DNA of 64,000 bases from Bacilli bacterium. Lineage in GTDB: Bacteria > Bacillota_I > Bacilli_A > RFN20 > CAG-826. Every line of letters starts with the position of its first letter. Position 1 is the first letter of the stretch. The position numbers were made by a program, and so were the translations under genes. Under the pieces are notes generated by a model. That model saw nothing but the letters and a program-made list of their open reading frames with translations. It made no database searches and was not told the DNA's origin. The stretch is taken from NCBI GenBank assembly GCA_024408565.1, contig JAKSUW010000002.1:31993-95992 (forward strand). Reading direction: 5' to 3'. This document shows positions 48,705 through 58,974 of the stretch, one piece after another.

Positions 48705-50285
48705 ATGAAGACAAGATTCTATATTACCACCCCTATTTACTATCCTAGTGGTAACGCCCATATCGGTCACGCCTATTGCACGACCATTTGTGATATCTTA
48801 GCCCGTAATAAACGGTTACGGGGTTTTGAAACCCGTTTTTTAACCGGAACGGATGAACACGGACAAAAAATTAAAGAACACGCCGCGAAGGCGGGCAAAG
48901 AACCGCAACCATACGTTGATGAGATTGTGGCCAGCTTCCAAAAGCTTTGGCGGTTAATGGAAATTAGTAACGATGATTTTATTCGTACCACCGAACCGCG
49001 CCATATTAAAGTCGTTCAAACGATGTTTTCTAATATGCTTAAGAAGGGCGACATCTATTTAGGCACCTATAAAGGTTGGTATTGTACTGAATGCGAAGCC
49101 TTCTGGACTGATATTCAGGCTGGTCCAGAACACTTATGTCCGGATTGCCATCGACCAGTGCATGAAGCAAGTGAAGAAAGTTATTTCTTTAAATGCTCTA
49201 AATACGTTGATGAGCTTTTAAAAGCGTACAAAGATAATCCCAAGCTTTGCTTCCCCGCGAGTCGGATGCACGAAATGGTAAACACTTTTATTAAGCCGGG
49301 TTTACAAGATTTAAGTGTCTCACGGACCAGTAACGATTGGGGCGTTACGGTTTTAGAGAATCCAAAACATACGGTTTATGTTTGGCTAGATGCGTTAGCG
49401 AACTATTTATCTGCGTTAGGCTATGGAAGCGAGAAAGAAGAGTTATATAAAAAATTCTGGGAAGACGAGAAGACCGAGATTATTCATATCATTGGGGCGG
49501 ATATTTCCCGTTTCCATTGTATTTATTGGCCAATGTTTTTGATGAGTGCGGGTCTTCGTTTACCTGATCGGGTGTTTGTGCACGGCTTATTAAAAATTAA
49601 AGATGAGAAAATGTCTAAATCAAAAGGTAATGTGGTTTCGCCTTACCCATTAGTAGAGAAATATGGTGTCGACGCGGTTCGTTATTATTTAGCGCGTGAA
49701 GTCACCTTTGGCCGCGATGGTGAATTTACTCCGGAGCAATTTGTGGAACGACTCAATGTTGATTTAGCGAACCAATTAGGCAATTTATTAAACCGGACTG
49801 TTTCGATGATTAATAAATACTTTAATGGTGAGATCCCTGCTTACAAAGCAGGTGTCACGAAATTTGACACCGAAATTGAGAATATGATTTTAGGCACGAT
49901 TAAGCAATACGAGATTCATTTCGATGATTTACAAATCACTGAAGGAGTAACTGATGCGATGAACTTAGTCGCTCGGGCGAATAAGTATATTGATGAGACC
50001 GCTCCATGGGTATTAGCGAAGGAAAATGAGTTAGATGAACTCGCCGCAGTGATGTCGCATTTAGCGAATGTACTTTATGTCGCGGCGATTCTTCTTTCCC
50101 CAGTTTTAGTACATAAAGCCAACGAAATTTTAGATCAATTAAATGTTCCCACTAGCTTACGGAACTATCAAAGTATCCAGAAAGTGGGGGTCATTGAGAA
50201 ATTTAAAGTGAATAAGGGTGCACAGCTTTTTCCGCGCTTAGATGTTAAGGCGGAAATCGAATATATTAAAGGACTAATGAAATAA
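48705..50285 (+). CDS. metG: Methionyl-tRNA synthetase (short form, no C-terminal tRNA-binding domain)
   Basis: PIYYPSGNAHIGHAY (HIGH), zinc knuckles CTEC...CPDC, KMSKSKGN. 526 aa. Confidence 0.95.
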   Translation: MKTRFYITTPIYYPSGNAHIGHAYCTTICDILARNKRLRGFETRFLTGTDEHGQKIKEHAAKAGKEPQPYVDEIVASFQKLWRLMEISNDDFIRTTEPRHIKVVQTMFSNMLKKGDIYLGTYKGWYCTECEAFWTDIQAGPEHLCPDCHRPVHEASEESYFFKCSKYVDELLKAYKDNPKLCFPASRMHEMVNTFIKPGLQDLSVSRTSNDWGVTVLENPKHTVYVWLDALANYLSALGYGSEKEELYKKFWEDEKTEIIHIIGADISRFHCIYWPMFLMSAGLRLPDRVFVHGLLKIKDEKMSKSKGNVVSPYPLVEKYGVDAVRYYLAREVTFGRDGEFTPEQFVERLNVDLANQLGNLLNRTVSMINKYFNGEIPAYKAGVTKFDTEIENMILGTIKQYEIHFDDLQITEGVTDAMNLVARANKYIDETAPWVLAKENELDELAAVMSHLANVLYVAAILLSPVLVHKANEILDQLNVPTSLRNYQSIQKVGVIEKFKVNKGAQLFPRLDVKAEIEYIKGLMK

Positions 50286-50287
50286 TT

Positions 50288-51139
50288 ATGAAAATTGCTC
50301 TTTCGGCGGAAACAACCATTGACTTAACTCCCGCCTTACTTCAAGAATACGATATCCATATCGTCCCCTTCTCAGTTATTTTAGGTGATCAAGCTAAACT
50401 CGACGGAGAGATGAGTAACCAAGACATCTTTGATTATGTGGCTAAAAATAATAAGCTCCCCAAGACGAGTGCGGTTAATCAATTTCAATACGAAGAACAT
50501 TTTAAAAAACTCTTAGAGAATTATGATGCGGTGATTCATTTATCTTTATCAAGTGAGATATCAAGCGCGTATCGTAACGCTTTACTAGCGGCGGAAGAGT
50601 TTAATGGTAAAGTTCATATCATTGATTCTCGTTCTCTTTCGACGGGAATCGCTCTCTTAGCCTTTTACGCGCACGACCTAATTACGCAGGGCTTAGACGA
50701 TAACGTAGTAGTGGAGAAAGTGAAAGCCCGGATCCCATCAATTCAAATTAGTTTTGTCATCAAACAATTAGATTATCTTTATAAAGGTGGTCGCTGTTCA
50801 AAACTCGCGATGTTTGGTGCGAATATCTTCCATATTTGCCCCCAGATTATTATGAGTGATGGCAAGATGGCACCAGGTAAAAAATACCGGGGGCTTTATC
50901 AAAAAGTTGTGGCGGATTATATTGACGACACCTTAGCCCAATTTAATCATCCAGATTTAGAACGCGCCTCGATTACTTACTCTAGTCTCGATGATGAAAA
51001 GGAGATTGTCGAGATGGTGAAAGCGAAGTTAACTGCGCGTGGCTTTAAGCGTATTTATCAAACCTACGCGGGTGGTACAATTACCTGCCATTGTGGGCCC
51101 AACACCATTGGAATTGCCTATTTTAACGATCATGAATAA
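50288..51139 (+). CDS. degV: DegV-family fatty-acid-binding protein
   Basis: MKIALSAETTIDLTPALLQEYDIHIVPFSVIL, 283 aa. Confidence 0.85.
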   Translation: MKIALSAETTIDLTPALLQEYDIHIVPFSVILGDQAKLDGEMSNQDIFDYVAKNNKLPKTSAVNQFQYEEHFKKLLENYDAVIHLSLSSEISSAYRNALLAAEEFNGKVHIIDSRSLSTGIALLAFYAHDLITQGLDDNVVVEKVKARIPSIQISFVIKQLDYLYKGGRCSKLAMFGANIFHICPQIIMSDGKMAPGKKYRGLYQKVVADYIDDTLAQFNHPDLERASITYSSLDDEKEIVEMVKAKLTARGFKRIYQTYAGGTITCHCGPNTIGIAYFNDHE

Positions 51140-53294
51140 TTTACCGGCGGTTAATCTTTGCTTATACCAAGAACGTGTCAAACGTGGTCAATCTTTAAAG
51201 GTGGCAGCGCACGGGATTGGGATTAACAAGATTCGCTTAAATTTAATCGAAAAAGGTTATTTAGCAGTTAGTAAAAAACTTGAACCGAAGTTTATTAAAT
51301 ACTACGGTTTAGCACCAGATTTCTTTACTAAGCACTCTAACTATGTTGAACCGCTTAAAGATAAACAAACAAAACCAACTAAGCCTAGTAAAATGAATAA
51401 AGTCTTAACCCATAAGGCTACTAAATGGGTCTTAGGTGGTTTAATGGTGGTAACCGCGGTAACACTTGGTGTTGGTATTTATTTAAACTATGAACCTTAT
51501 ATTCATCCGCGAGCACCGTGGACTGAAAACTTTACGACTTTCCATGAGAAATTCATGAACGATGAAGACACCTATGAAGATAGTGGCGATCTCGTTTTGT
51601 TCGACCATCGGTATGTAAATGTATATGAAAAAGAGAAATATAGTGAGGGACATACTTTAGAGGTTACGGCCGCTCTTTATGGGAACGATAATAATTCATC
51701 CAATACTAATTTTAGGTTTGATTACTATATCCCAGATGAAGGAATTAATGATTCCTTGGCTAACGCGGTGTTCCAAGTCCTTTGTTACAATAACCACATC
51801 ATCGCGTTTACGGATTATGTTACAGATGAAATTAGTGTTTCTGCCGCGACATGTTTTATCGAAAACGATGAATATAATCTCCGCCCATTCTTTTATACCG
51901 ATGTGAATGGCGAATTAAAAAAAGCGCTCCCCGGGTCTTTAATTCATCAAGAAGTCAGCGATTTTATTAAAAGTAACCTTCCCGGTATGTTTGCTGTTTA
52001 TAGCAGAAATGTATTAGCAAAAAAAGGCTGGGCGTACACAAATATCAATGATCTACTACGCGACATCCAAAAGATTTCAAAGGCGTATGTTAAAAATGTC
52101 GGCTTGGCTTTTGATATGACCTTATATAGCGCGCTTATTTTAGCGTTATCGGCTTGTATGCTTGGTTTATCTTTAATGACGGTTCGACGTAGTAAGAAGG
52201 CGACAGTCGCAATCAATAAGAGTAATGATAAAATTTCTGCCGCAGCTATCGCGTTACCATCGCGTAGTCTCCCTAACGATACACGGGTGCCATTAGTGGT
52301 ACCAGAGTTTGCTTTGCGTATTATTGGGATTGCGATTTTAGCATTATTCGCGGTGAGTTTAAACTTAGCAATTTTTTGGCGACTAAACGTTGATTTCATT
52401 AGTGTGCCAGAGCGAGTTGATCGTCTACAAAACCTATCGAGTAATATTCTTATTGCGGCAATTACTCTCTTCTTCTTTTTAAAACTTGATATCTATCATA
52501 AAAAGAGCCAAAAAGAATTAGCGAGTGATGTCTTTATTCTCTTTATGGGTGGCTTAGCGTTCTATATAGTTGAAGTTGTTCTTTATACGACTGCGGTGCG
52601 CGAATTTTCTTATTCCGCGAATATCTTTAATTCGCTTTTTGTGATTATTACTACCTTCTTACCTGGCAATATCCTTTGGAACTTGATGTTCTACTCGTTG
52701 ATTTTCTATTTCTTATTTTCAACACCAGAAAAGTATAAGAATCAACCCGCGAAAATATTACGCTTCCGGTTATTGAGCCTTCTTCCAACGCTCTTCTTAC
52801 TGTTTGCACTAATTTACAAAATCGTTATTGAGCCGGTTGCACCAGCACCGTATTTTATTTCCGTTATTTTCTTTACTAAAGGCGTACTCATGACTTTATT
52901 CGCGATTGTTTATTTATATGGTATATATTTCTTACAACTTCATTATCGGCATAAATATGGTGATAGTAACGCTAGTTTAATATTTGAATCTCGTCGCTAC
53001 GCTTTTGCTAAAAATATTATGGCTTCATCAATCATCGTGGTTTTATTCTTAATTGATTTACTCTTCCGGTTTATAATGCCCGATAACGTTTTAATGTTAG
53101 GTAATAACTGGGCAATCATTTTATTAGTACCGTTTATTATGTTCTATCACCCACATTTAGGTAAACGTAGTAACAAATTAGACACTTTATTCTTGGCTTT
53201 ATACGCTCTCTTTTTCGCAGGTGCTTATCTTGGAGCGATTAACCAAATTCTCTCGCTTTTCGATTTTACTGAATTAGTGGAGATTTTGCATTAG
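51132..53294 (+). CDS. Membrane protein, paralog A: N-terminal XRE-type HTH, 1 TM, ~250-aa extracytoplasmic domain, C-terminal ~9-TM domain; unknown family
   Basis: HTH_XRE-like LYQERVKRGQSLKVAAHGIGINKIRLNLIEKGYL. TM at ~125-147, hydrophilic domain, then many TM helices with motifs LPGNILWNL and PHLGKRS. Start at the internal MNNLP of the track ORF (8-nt overlap with degV). Confidence 0.6.
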   Translation: MNNLPAVNLCLYQERVKRGQSLKVAAHGIGINKIRLNLIEKGYLAVSKKLEPKFIKYYGLAPDFFTKHSNYVEPLKDKQTKPTKPSKMNKVLTHKATKWVLGGLMVVTAVTLGVGIYLNYEPYIHPRAPWTENFTTFHEKFMNDEDTYEDSGDLVLFDHRYVNVYEKEKYSEGHTLEVTAALYGNDNNSSNTNFRFDYYIPDEGINDSLANAVFQVLCYNNHIIAFTDYVTDEISVSAATCFIENDEYNLRPFFYTDVNGELKKALPGSLIHQEVSDFIKSNLPGMFAVYSRNVLAKKGWAYTNINDLLRDIQKISKAYVKNVGLAFDMTLYSALILALSACMLGLSLMTVRRSKKATVAINKSNDKISAAAIALPSRSLPNDTRVPLVVPEFALRIIGIAILALFAVSLNLAIFWRLNVDFISVPERVDRLQNLSSNILIAAITLFFFLKLDIYHKKSQKELASDVFILFMGGLAFYIVEVVLYTTAVREFSYSANIFNSLFVIITTFLPGNILWNLMFYSLIFYFLFSTPEKYKNQPAKILRFRLLSLLPTLFLLFALIYKIVIEPVAPAPYFISVIFFTKGVLMTLFAIVYLYGIYFLQLHYRHKYGDSNASLIFESRRYAFAKNIMASSIIVVLFLIDLLFRFIMPDNVLMLGNNWAIILLVPFIMFYHPHLGKRSNKLDTLFLALYALFFAGAYLGAINQILSLFDFTELVEILH

Positions 53295-53316
53295 AATATT
53301 TACGCAGTAAATAACT

Positions 53317-55554
53317 ATGGCTAACACGAAAAAGTCTTACGCAATCAATCGGTTATTATACCGGGCACGACTCGACCGCCACGAAACTTTAAAACGGGCG
53401 GCTCATTCAATGCACATACACCGCCTCCGTTTAAAGTTAATCGAAAACGGTTATTTAGATGTGCCAAAAAAATTACAACAACGCTTTATTGATCACTATC
53501 ATCTTCCGAAAAACTTCTTTACGGTAAACTCGACTTATTCTGAACCAATCAAAGAAGATCTTGAGAAGAAAAAAGATATTATTCGGATTCGTAAACTCGC
53601 TAACTCACGGCGGCTTCGAGTAGTTTGCGGAATTGCCATTGGCGCTAGTGTCGTTACTTTAGCCCTCGGTATTTTTTATGCGAACCGAAACGCTCGTGCT
53701 CCTCGCGAAGCCTGGAGCAAGGATTTTATTACTTTCCGTGAAGCGATAATGAAAGAGGGTACTCAAGGCTATAGTGAATCGTTTAATGATAATTATTATT
53801 ACATTCCTAAGGAAGGGTACACGTTTACATTAGATGTACCAGACTATCGTACGATACAACTAGATGGCGAGATTCAAACTATTCTTTACGAGAAAGAAGT
53901 TAATGCCGCTGATACAAATATTTATTGTAAGTTTACTACGCCAGAATCATCGAACGAAATTGAACACGACCCATCTTTTACGATTACTATGGAAGTGACT
54001 TGCTATAACAAAAAGAAAATTGTGTTCATCTCCTACATTGAAGAGAATATGACTGGTGCGATTACTGTTCCTTCCGCTAACTGCATAATTGAGGATAGAG
54101 GTAAATTTAATTTAAGACCATTTCGCTACAACAGAGCCACTCGTTCAGATAATATTGCCCAAGTTGGCGACAAACATTATGAAAAATTAAGAATATGTAT
54201 GGAGCAACTCCTACCGCAATTTATTGAGAAATATAATAATGATTATTTACCTAGTTTCCATTATTTACAGTATAAAGATTTTTATGATGTGATTGATGAT
54301 GTTGGCGTGATTTCGCGTAATTACATTTTGAATTTACGATTAGGCTTTCATATGACTTTATCGAGTGCTTTGGTTTTTGCTTTTGTTAATGCTCTTATGT
54401 TCCTCTCCTTTGCAGTTCCAGCGAACAAAAAGGTAGAGATTTCCGAAAACGTCAATATGGCTTCAGGAAATAGTAAAGAGGGTATTAATTTCTCGGCCTC
54501 TAGTCTTGCCTTGCCTGGGCGTAGCCACGTGAACGACATTAAAGTTCCGCTTATTTTCCCAGAATTCCTTTTGCGGTTTTTAGGTTTATCCATTATCTTA
54601 CTATTCGCGGTGGCCCTTAACCTATCCGTTTATTGGCAGCTTAACATCAGTATGATTGTTCCCAACGCTACCATCACCGCAATCAGTAATTTATCAAGCA
54701 ATATGCTTATCGCGGGAACCACGCTTCTCTTCTTCTTGCGTCTCGATGTATTCTCCCGAAAGAATCGGGTCGATTTATTGACTAATATTTTCTGGTACTT
54801 TATCTATGGTCTTGGTTTCTACGTAATCGAGGTTGTACTCTACTCTACCTTTATGCGCGAATTTGCTAATACACAAAATATGTTGACTAAACTCGGCTAT
54901 TTTATTGCCACATACCTACCGGGTAATATCTTCTGGAACTTAACGATTTACTTCGTCATCTTCTATTTCTTGTTTATTACGCCAGCGCGTTTCCAAAATA
55001 AACCTCATTCATCCTTAGTTAAGTTTAGATGTTGTAGTTTAATCCCAACCGCGGTGTTGATATTCTCTTTTATCTTTACCTATGTTATTTCACCAATGAC
55101 AAATGCCCCGTATATTTTGACTTGCGCCTTCTCGACTGGTAGTCTTGCTATTTCTTTATTCGCCTTACTTTACATGTATACAACTTATTTCTTTCAAGTT
55201 TATTGCATTCGTCGTTATGGGAAAGATGTCGCCACGATTTACTTTTATTCAAAACGCTTTTCGTTTACCAAGAATGTGTATGCATCAATTATTATTACTT
55301 TGATTGTCATCGCAGACTTATGTTTCCACTTCTTAATGCCTAATAATGTTCTAGGTTTAGGTAACAGCTGGATGATTATGGTTTTAGTGCCACTTATCTT
55401 ATTCTATTTCCCCCATATTGGCTCACGGAGCGCTCGTTGGGATAATGTTTGTGAACAACTTTATAGTCTTTTCTACTTAGGCGCGTATCTAGGTGCGGCC
55501 ATCCAAGTTTTAACCTTATTTGATATGAGCGCGTTACTCGAACTCATCCATTAG
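53317..55554 (+). CDS. Membrane protein, paralog B (tandem duplicate of 51132..53294), same architecture
   Basis: LYRARLDRHETLKRAAHSMHIHRLRLKLIENGYL (HTH_XRE-like), ...YLPGNIFWNL..., ...PHIGSRS. Alignable with paralog A over its whole length. 745 aa. Confidence 0.6.
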   Translation: MANTKKSYAINRLLYRARLDRHETLKRAAHSMHIHRLRLKLIENGYLDVPKKLQQRFIDHYHLPKNFFTVNSTYSEPIKEDLEKKKDIIRIRKLANSRRLRVVCGIAIGASVVTLALGIFYANRNARAPREAWSKDFITFREAIMKEGTQGYSESFNDNYYYIPKEGYTFTLDVPDYRTIQLDGEIQTILYEKEVNAADTNIYCKFTTPESSNEIEHDPSFTITMEVTCYNKKKIVFISYIEENMTGAITVPSANCIIEDRGKFNLRPFRYNRATRSDNIAQVGDKHYEKLRICMEQLLPQFIEKYNNDYLPSFHYLQYKDFYDVIDDVGVISRNYILNLRLGFHMTLSSALVFAFVNALMFLSFAVPANKKVEISENVNMASGNSKEGINFSASSLALPGRSHVNDIKVPLIFPEFLLRFLGLSIILLFAVALNLSVYWQLNISMIVPNATITAISNLSSNMLIAGTTLLFFLRLDVFSRKNRVDLLTNIFWYFIYGLGFYVIEVVLYSTFMREFANTQNMLTKLGYFIATYLPGNIFWNLTIYFVIFYFLFITPARFQNKPHSSLVKFRCCSLIPTAVLIFSFIFTYVISPMTNAPYILTCAFSTGSLAISLFALLYMYTTYFFQVYCIRRYGKDVATIYFYSKRFSFTKNVYASIIITLIVIADLCFHFLMPNNVLGLGNSWMIMVLVPLILFYFPHIGSRSARWDNVCEQLYSLFYLGAYLGAAIQVLTLFDMSALLELIH

Positions 55555-55592
55555 CATAAATAAATTTTATTTATGATATAATCAAACTACTT

Positions 55593-56075
55593 ATGACTGA
55601 GCCAAGAAAAGATATTATTAGTTGGGACGAGTACTTTATGGGGATTGCTTTACTAAGCGCCTTAAGAAGTAAGGATCCAAGTACCCAAGTTGGTGCATGT
55701 ATTGTCGACACGGATAAAAAAGTGGTGTCAATTGGCTATAATGGCATGCCCCGGCGGTGTGATGAAAGTCAATTAACCTGGAATAAAAACGAAGGTCTTG
55801 ATAGTAAATATCTTTATGTTTGTCACGCGGAATTTAACGCGATTTTAAACACCAAAGGTGGTCATTCCTTAAAAGATTGCACTCTTTATGTCACGCTTTT
55901 CCCGTGTAATGAATGTGCGAAGGCGGTTATTCAAACCGGGATTAAAGAAATTGTTTACTTATCGAATAAATATAAAGACACGACCGGCGTCCAAGCGAGC
56001 GAAAAACTTCTACGCCTCGCGGGTGTGAAGATTCGTCAATACCAAGGGAGAGACATTACCTTCCAAGTTAAATAA
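55593..56075 (+). CDS. comEB: dCMP deaminase (ComEB-like cytidine/deoxycytidylate deaminase)
   Basis: HAEFNAI ... PCNECAKAV zinc-binding motifs. 160 aa. Confidence 0.8.
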   Translation: MTEPRKDIISWDEYFMGIALLSALRSKDPSTQVGACIVDTDKKVVSIGYNGMPRRCDESQLTWNKNEGLDSKYLYVCHAEFNAILNTKGGHSLKDCTLYVTLFPCNECAKAVIQTGIKEIVYLSNKYKDTTGVQASEKLLRLAGVKIRQYQGRDITFQVK

Positions 56076-56147
56076 GCTAGATAACTTTCTCAATTACTGA
56101 GATACTCGTGGAACTTCCATCTTTGTCCATAGGGGAAACGCTAAAGA

Positions 56148-56966
56148 ATGAAACCAATTATTAAATTAGAAAATGTGACATATAGTTACCGCCCATCGGT
56201 AGAGGTTTTAAAGCACATTAATCTCACGATTAATCCGGGCGAAGATATTGCCATTATTGGTCATAATGGTTCGGGTAAATCGACTTTAGGAAAGTTAATC
56301 ATTTCTTTATTAAAACCAAGAAGCGGCCGGCTACTCTTTAACGGTATTGAAATTAATCACAAGAACGATAATTTAATTCGGGCGAAGACCGGAATTGTAT
56401 TTCAAAACCCGGATAATCAATTTGTGGGTGTTAGCGTCGCGGATGACATTGCTTTTGGTTTAGAGAATCAATGTGTTCCACACGAAAAGATGGAAGAGAT
56501 AATAAAAACTTACGCCGAGAAAGTTGGCGTTTTAGATTTATTAAACAAAGCACCAGAAAATTTAAGTGGTGGACAAAAACAACGGGTCGCATTAGCGGGT
56601 ATTTTAGCGATGCTACCCGATTTAATTGTGTTTGATGAAGCGCTTGCGATGCTTGATCCAAAGGGTAAACAAGAAATTAGTGAATTAATTAATGCAATTA
56701 AACAAGAGCATCCCCGATTAACCATTATTCGGATTACTCATGATTTAGATGAGGCTTTTCATAGTCAAAGAGTGATTGTTTTAGACTATGGTGAGATTGT
56801 TTTAGATGACACACCAGCAAAAGTCTTTCAGGAAGAAGCGACTTTAAAGCGTCTTGGTTTAAAGACACCTTTTATCGTGGAATTAAATAACGCCTTAATG
56901 AAGGCGGGTTTAATTAAAGAACACGAATATCAACCTCATAAGTTAGTGGAGAAGTTATGCAAATAG
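56148..56966 (+). CDS. ecfA1: ECF transporter ATPase EcfA1
   Basis: GHNGSGKST, LSGGQKQRVALAG, typical EcfA. 272 aa. Confidence 0.85.
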   Translation: MKPIIKLENVTYSYRPSVEVLKHINLTINPGEDIAIIGHNGSGKSTLGKLIISLLKPRSGRLLFNGIEINHKNDNLIRAKTGIVFQNPDNQFVGVSVADDIAFGLENQCVPHEKMEEIIKTYAEKVGVLDLLNKAPENLSGGQKQRVALAGILAMLPDLIVFDEALAMLDPKGKQEISELINAIKQEHPRLTIIRITHDLDEAFHSQRVIVLDYGEIVLDDTPAKVFQEEATLKRLGLKTPFIVELNNALMKAGLIKEHEYQPHKLVEKLCK

Positions 56967-57805
56967 ATTTTCAGCATGTTAACTTTAGCTATAACTTAAA
57001 AACAATCTTCCGGGTGGACGCTTTAAAAGATGTTAATTTGGCGATTGACACTAATGAAGTAACTGCAATTGTTGGTAAGACGGGTTCAGGGAAATCCACT
57101 TTAACCCAATTAATTAATAAATTATTAACACCAAGTGATGGAGCGGTTAAAATTGATCAATTTATTAATACGCCTAAGAAACGTGCTCACCGTAAACAAC
57201 TACAAGCGTTAAGAAGCGAGATTGGTTTCTTATTTCAATTCCCCGAAAACCAATTATTCGCTGATACTGTTTTAAAAGATGTCGAGTTTGGAATTCGTAA
57301 TTTTCATCCAAAAGATCAAGACTACGAGAAGAAAGCCAAAGCGGCGTTAAAGTTAGTGGGGCTTGATGAATCTTTCTATGAACGGTCCCCGTTTGATTTA
57401 AGTGGTGGCGAAAAGAAACGAGTGGCAATCGCGGGTGTCTTAGCCTATCAACCCAAAGTCTTAATTCTTGATGAACCGACCGCTGGACTAGATGAAATGA
57501 GTAAACGTGAACTGATGGAATTATTTAAAAAGATTCACCAAGAAGGCGTGGGAATTATTCTTGTGACTCATGATATGGATATTGTGCTTAAGTACGCGAG
57601 TAAAGTTGTGGTAATGGATGATGGCGAGATTAAAAAGATTGGTTCCCCACAAGCAATATTACAAAATGAAGTGGAACCATATCATTTAGCGACACCTAAT
57701 GTTTATCATTTCGCTCATCAATTAATCGCACAAGGCAAAAAGATTGACTTAAATCGGGTCAAGGATGTCACAACCCTCGTCGAGGAGATAAAACGCCATG
57801 GATAA
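56957..57805 (+). CDS. ecfA2: ECF transporter ATPase EcfA2
   Basis: GKTGSGKST, LSGGEKKRVAIAG. Overlaps ecfA1 by 10 nt. Confidence 0.85.
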   Translation: MQIDFQHVNFSYNLKTIFRVDALKDVNLAIDTNEVTAIVGKTGSGKSTLTQLINKLLTPSDGAVKIDQFINTPKKRAHRKQLQALRSEIGFLFQFPENQLFADTVLKDVEFGIRNFHPKDQDYEKKAKAALKLVGLDESFYERSPFDLSGGEKKRVAIAGVLAYQPKVLILDEPTAGLDEMSKRELMELFKKIHQEGVGIILVTHDMDIVLKYASKVVVMDDGEIKKIGSPQAILQNEVEPYHLATPNVYHFAHQLIAQGKKIDLNRVKDVTTLVEEIKRHG

Positions 57806-58655
57806 ACGGATTCTTGGTAAGTATGTGCCTTATGATACCGTGATTCATCGCCTTGATCCGCGGTTAAAGATTATGGCGATGATTATGCTCATGGTTTCCA
57901 TCTTTTTAAGCTATGGTAGTTGGACCATGATGTTTACCTTATCCGGGATTAACTTAGTGGTGATTGTGGCTTTAATGTTTATTAGTAAGGTCAGGATTCG
58001 CGACCTTATTTGGCAACTGAAGAGCTTATATATTTTAATTATTCTTCTCATGATTATTAATATCTTTTTACCACCCGCTCATAGTGTTCATATAATTGGT
58101 AAAATCGGTAACCTTAATATATATGCAGAATCCTTCTTACAAACGGGCAAAATTATTATTCGTTTAATGGAGATGCTAGCGGTAGCGATGATATTAACTT
58201 CATCCACTACGCCGCAACAATTGACCCAAGGCTTTTCTTGGTTTACGCGGCCGTTAAAGAAAATTAAATTCCCGAGTGAAGAGATTGCGATGACAATTTC
58301 TTTAGCTTTGAGATTTATCCCAACTTTATTAGAAGAAACAGAACGACTTTATAAAGCTCAATCAAGTCGTGGGGTGGACTTTAAACATGGTAGCCTCATG
58401 ATGAAAATTAAAGGTATCACCTCATTAATTGTTCCTTTATTTGTCGCTTCGTTTGCGATGAGCGATGATTTAGCGTTCGCGCTGGAGGCGCGTGGCTATA
58501 ATCCACGTGGCACTCGCACTAATTACCGGGAATTACATTGGTCAACTAAGGACACAATTTGTTTAATCTTAGTCACTCTATTTATGACTGGTTTCATTAC
58601 TTTAACGGCAATGAAGTTCGATTTTATTAAATTAATTTTCCCATTAGTTTGGTAA
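57798..58655 (+). CDS. ecfT: ECF transporter transmembrane component EcfT
   Basis: RLDPRLKI... EcfT coupling motifs (ALEARG). 285 aa. Confidence 0.85.
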   Translation: MDKRILGKYVPYDTVIHRLDPRLKIMAMIMLMVSIFLSYGSWTMMFTLSGINLVVIVALMFISKVRIRDLIWQLKSLYILIILLMIINIFLPPAHSVHIIGKIGNLNIYAESFLQTGKIIIRLMEMLAVAMILTSSTTPQQLTQGFSWFTRPLKKIKFPSEEIAMTISLALRFIPTLLEETERLYKAQSSRGVDFKHGSLMMKIKGITSLIVPLFVASFAMSDDLAFALEARGYNPRGTRTNYRELHWSTKDTICLILVTLFMTGFITLTAMKFDFIKLIFPLVW

Positions 58656-58967
58656 CTTCTTAAGACCGTTATAGTCTAGACGCGCTTCAATTCTATCAAT
58701 CCGTGTTTCAAGGCCATCAATCCGCGCATTAACTTGTTTAAACCCGGCGTTCATTTCGCTTCTTAAGCTATTTAGGCCATTACTAAGCCCATCAATCTTT
58801 TCGACTAACTGAGCCATGGTTATTCTCTTTGTCTTCTTTTTCATCACTGTCTTGCCGGGTGTTCCTTTAACTTTATAATACACCTTAAGAAATACATCTA
58901 GTGGACATTTTTTTAAAATCTCCATTACTTTTAATGCATTCATGAATTCACTCTGATATTTATCCAT
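58644..58967 (-). CDS. Hypothetical protein with C-terminal coiled coil (107 aa)
   Basis: Translation uses the GGAGG of repeat copy 3 as its SD (GGAGG-aatttt-ATG). C-terminal heptad-like region ...LSNGLNSLRSEMNAGFKQVNARIDGLETRIDRIEARL. Confidence 0.4.
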   Translation of the reverse strand: MDKYQSEFMNALKVMEILKKCPLDVFLKVYYKVKGTPGKTVMKKKTKRITMAQLVEKIDGLSNGLNSLRSEMNAGFKQVNARIDGLETRIDRIEARLDYNGLKKLPN

Positions 58968-58974
58968 AAAATTC

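Noticed and set aside
56076-56147. 72-nt relatively GC-balanced spacer before ecfA1, considered as a riboswitch
   Set aside because: Too short for the known vitamin riboswitches that precede ECF components, and no conserved motif was recognised. Probably just a promoter and RBS.
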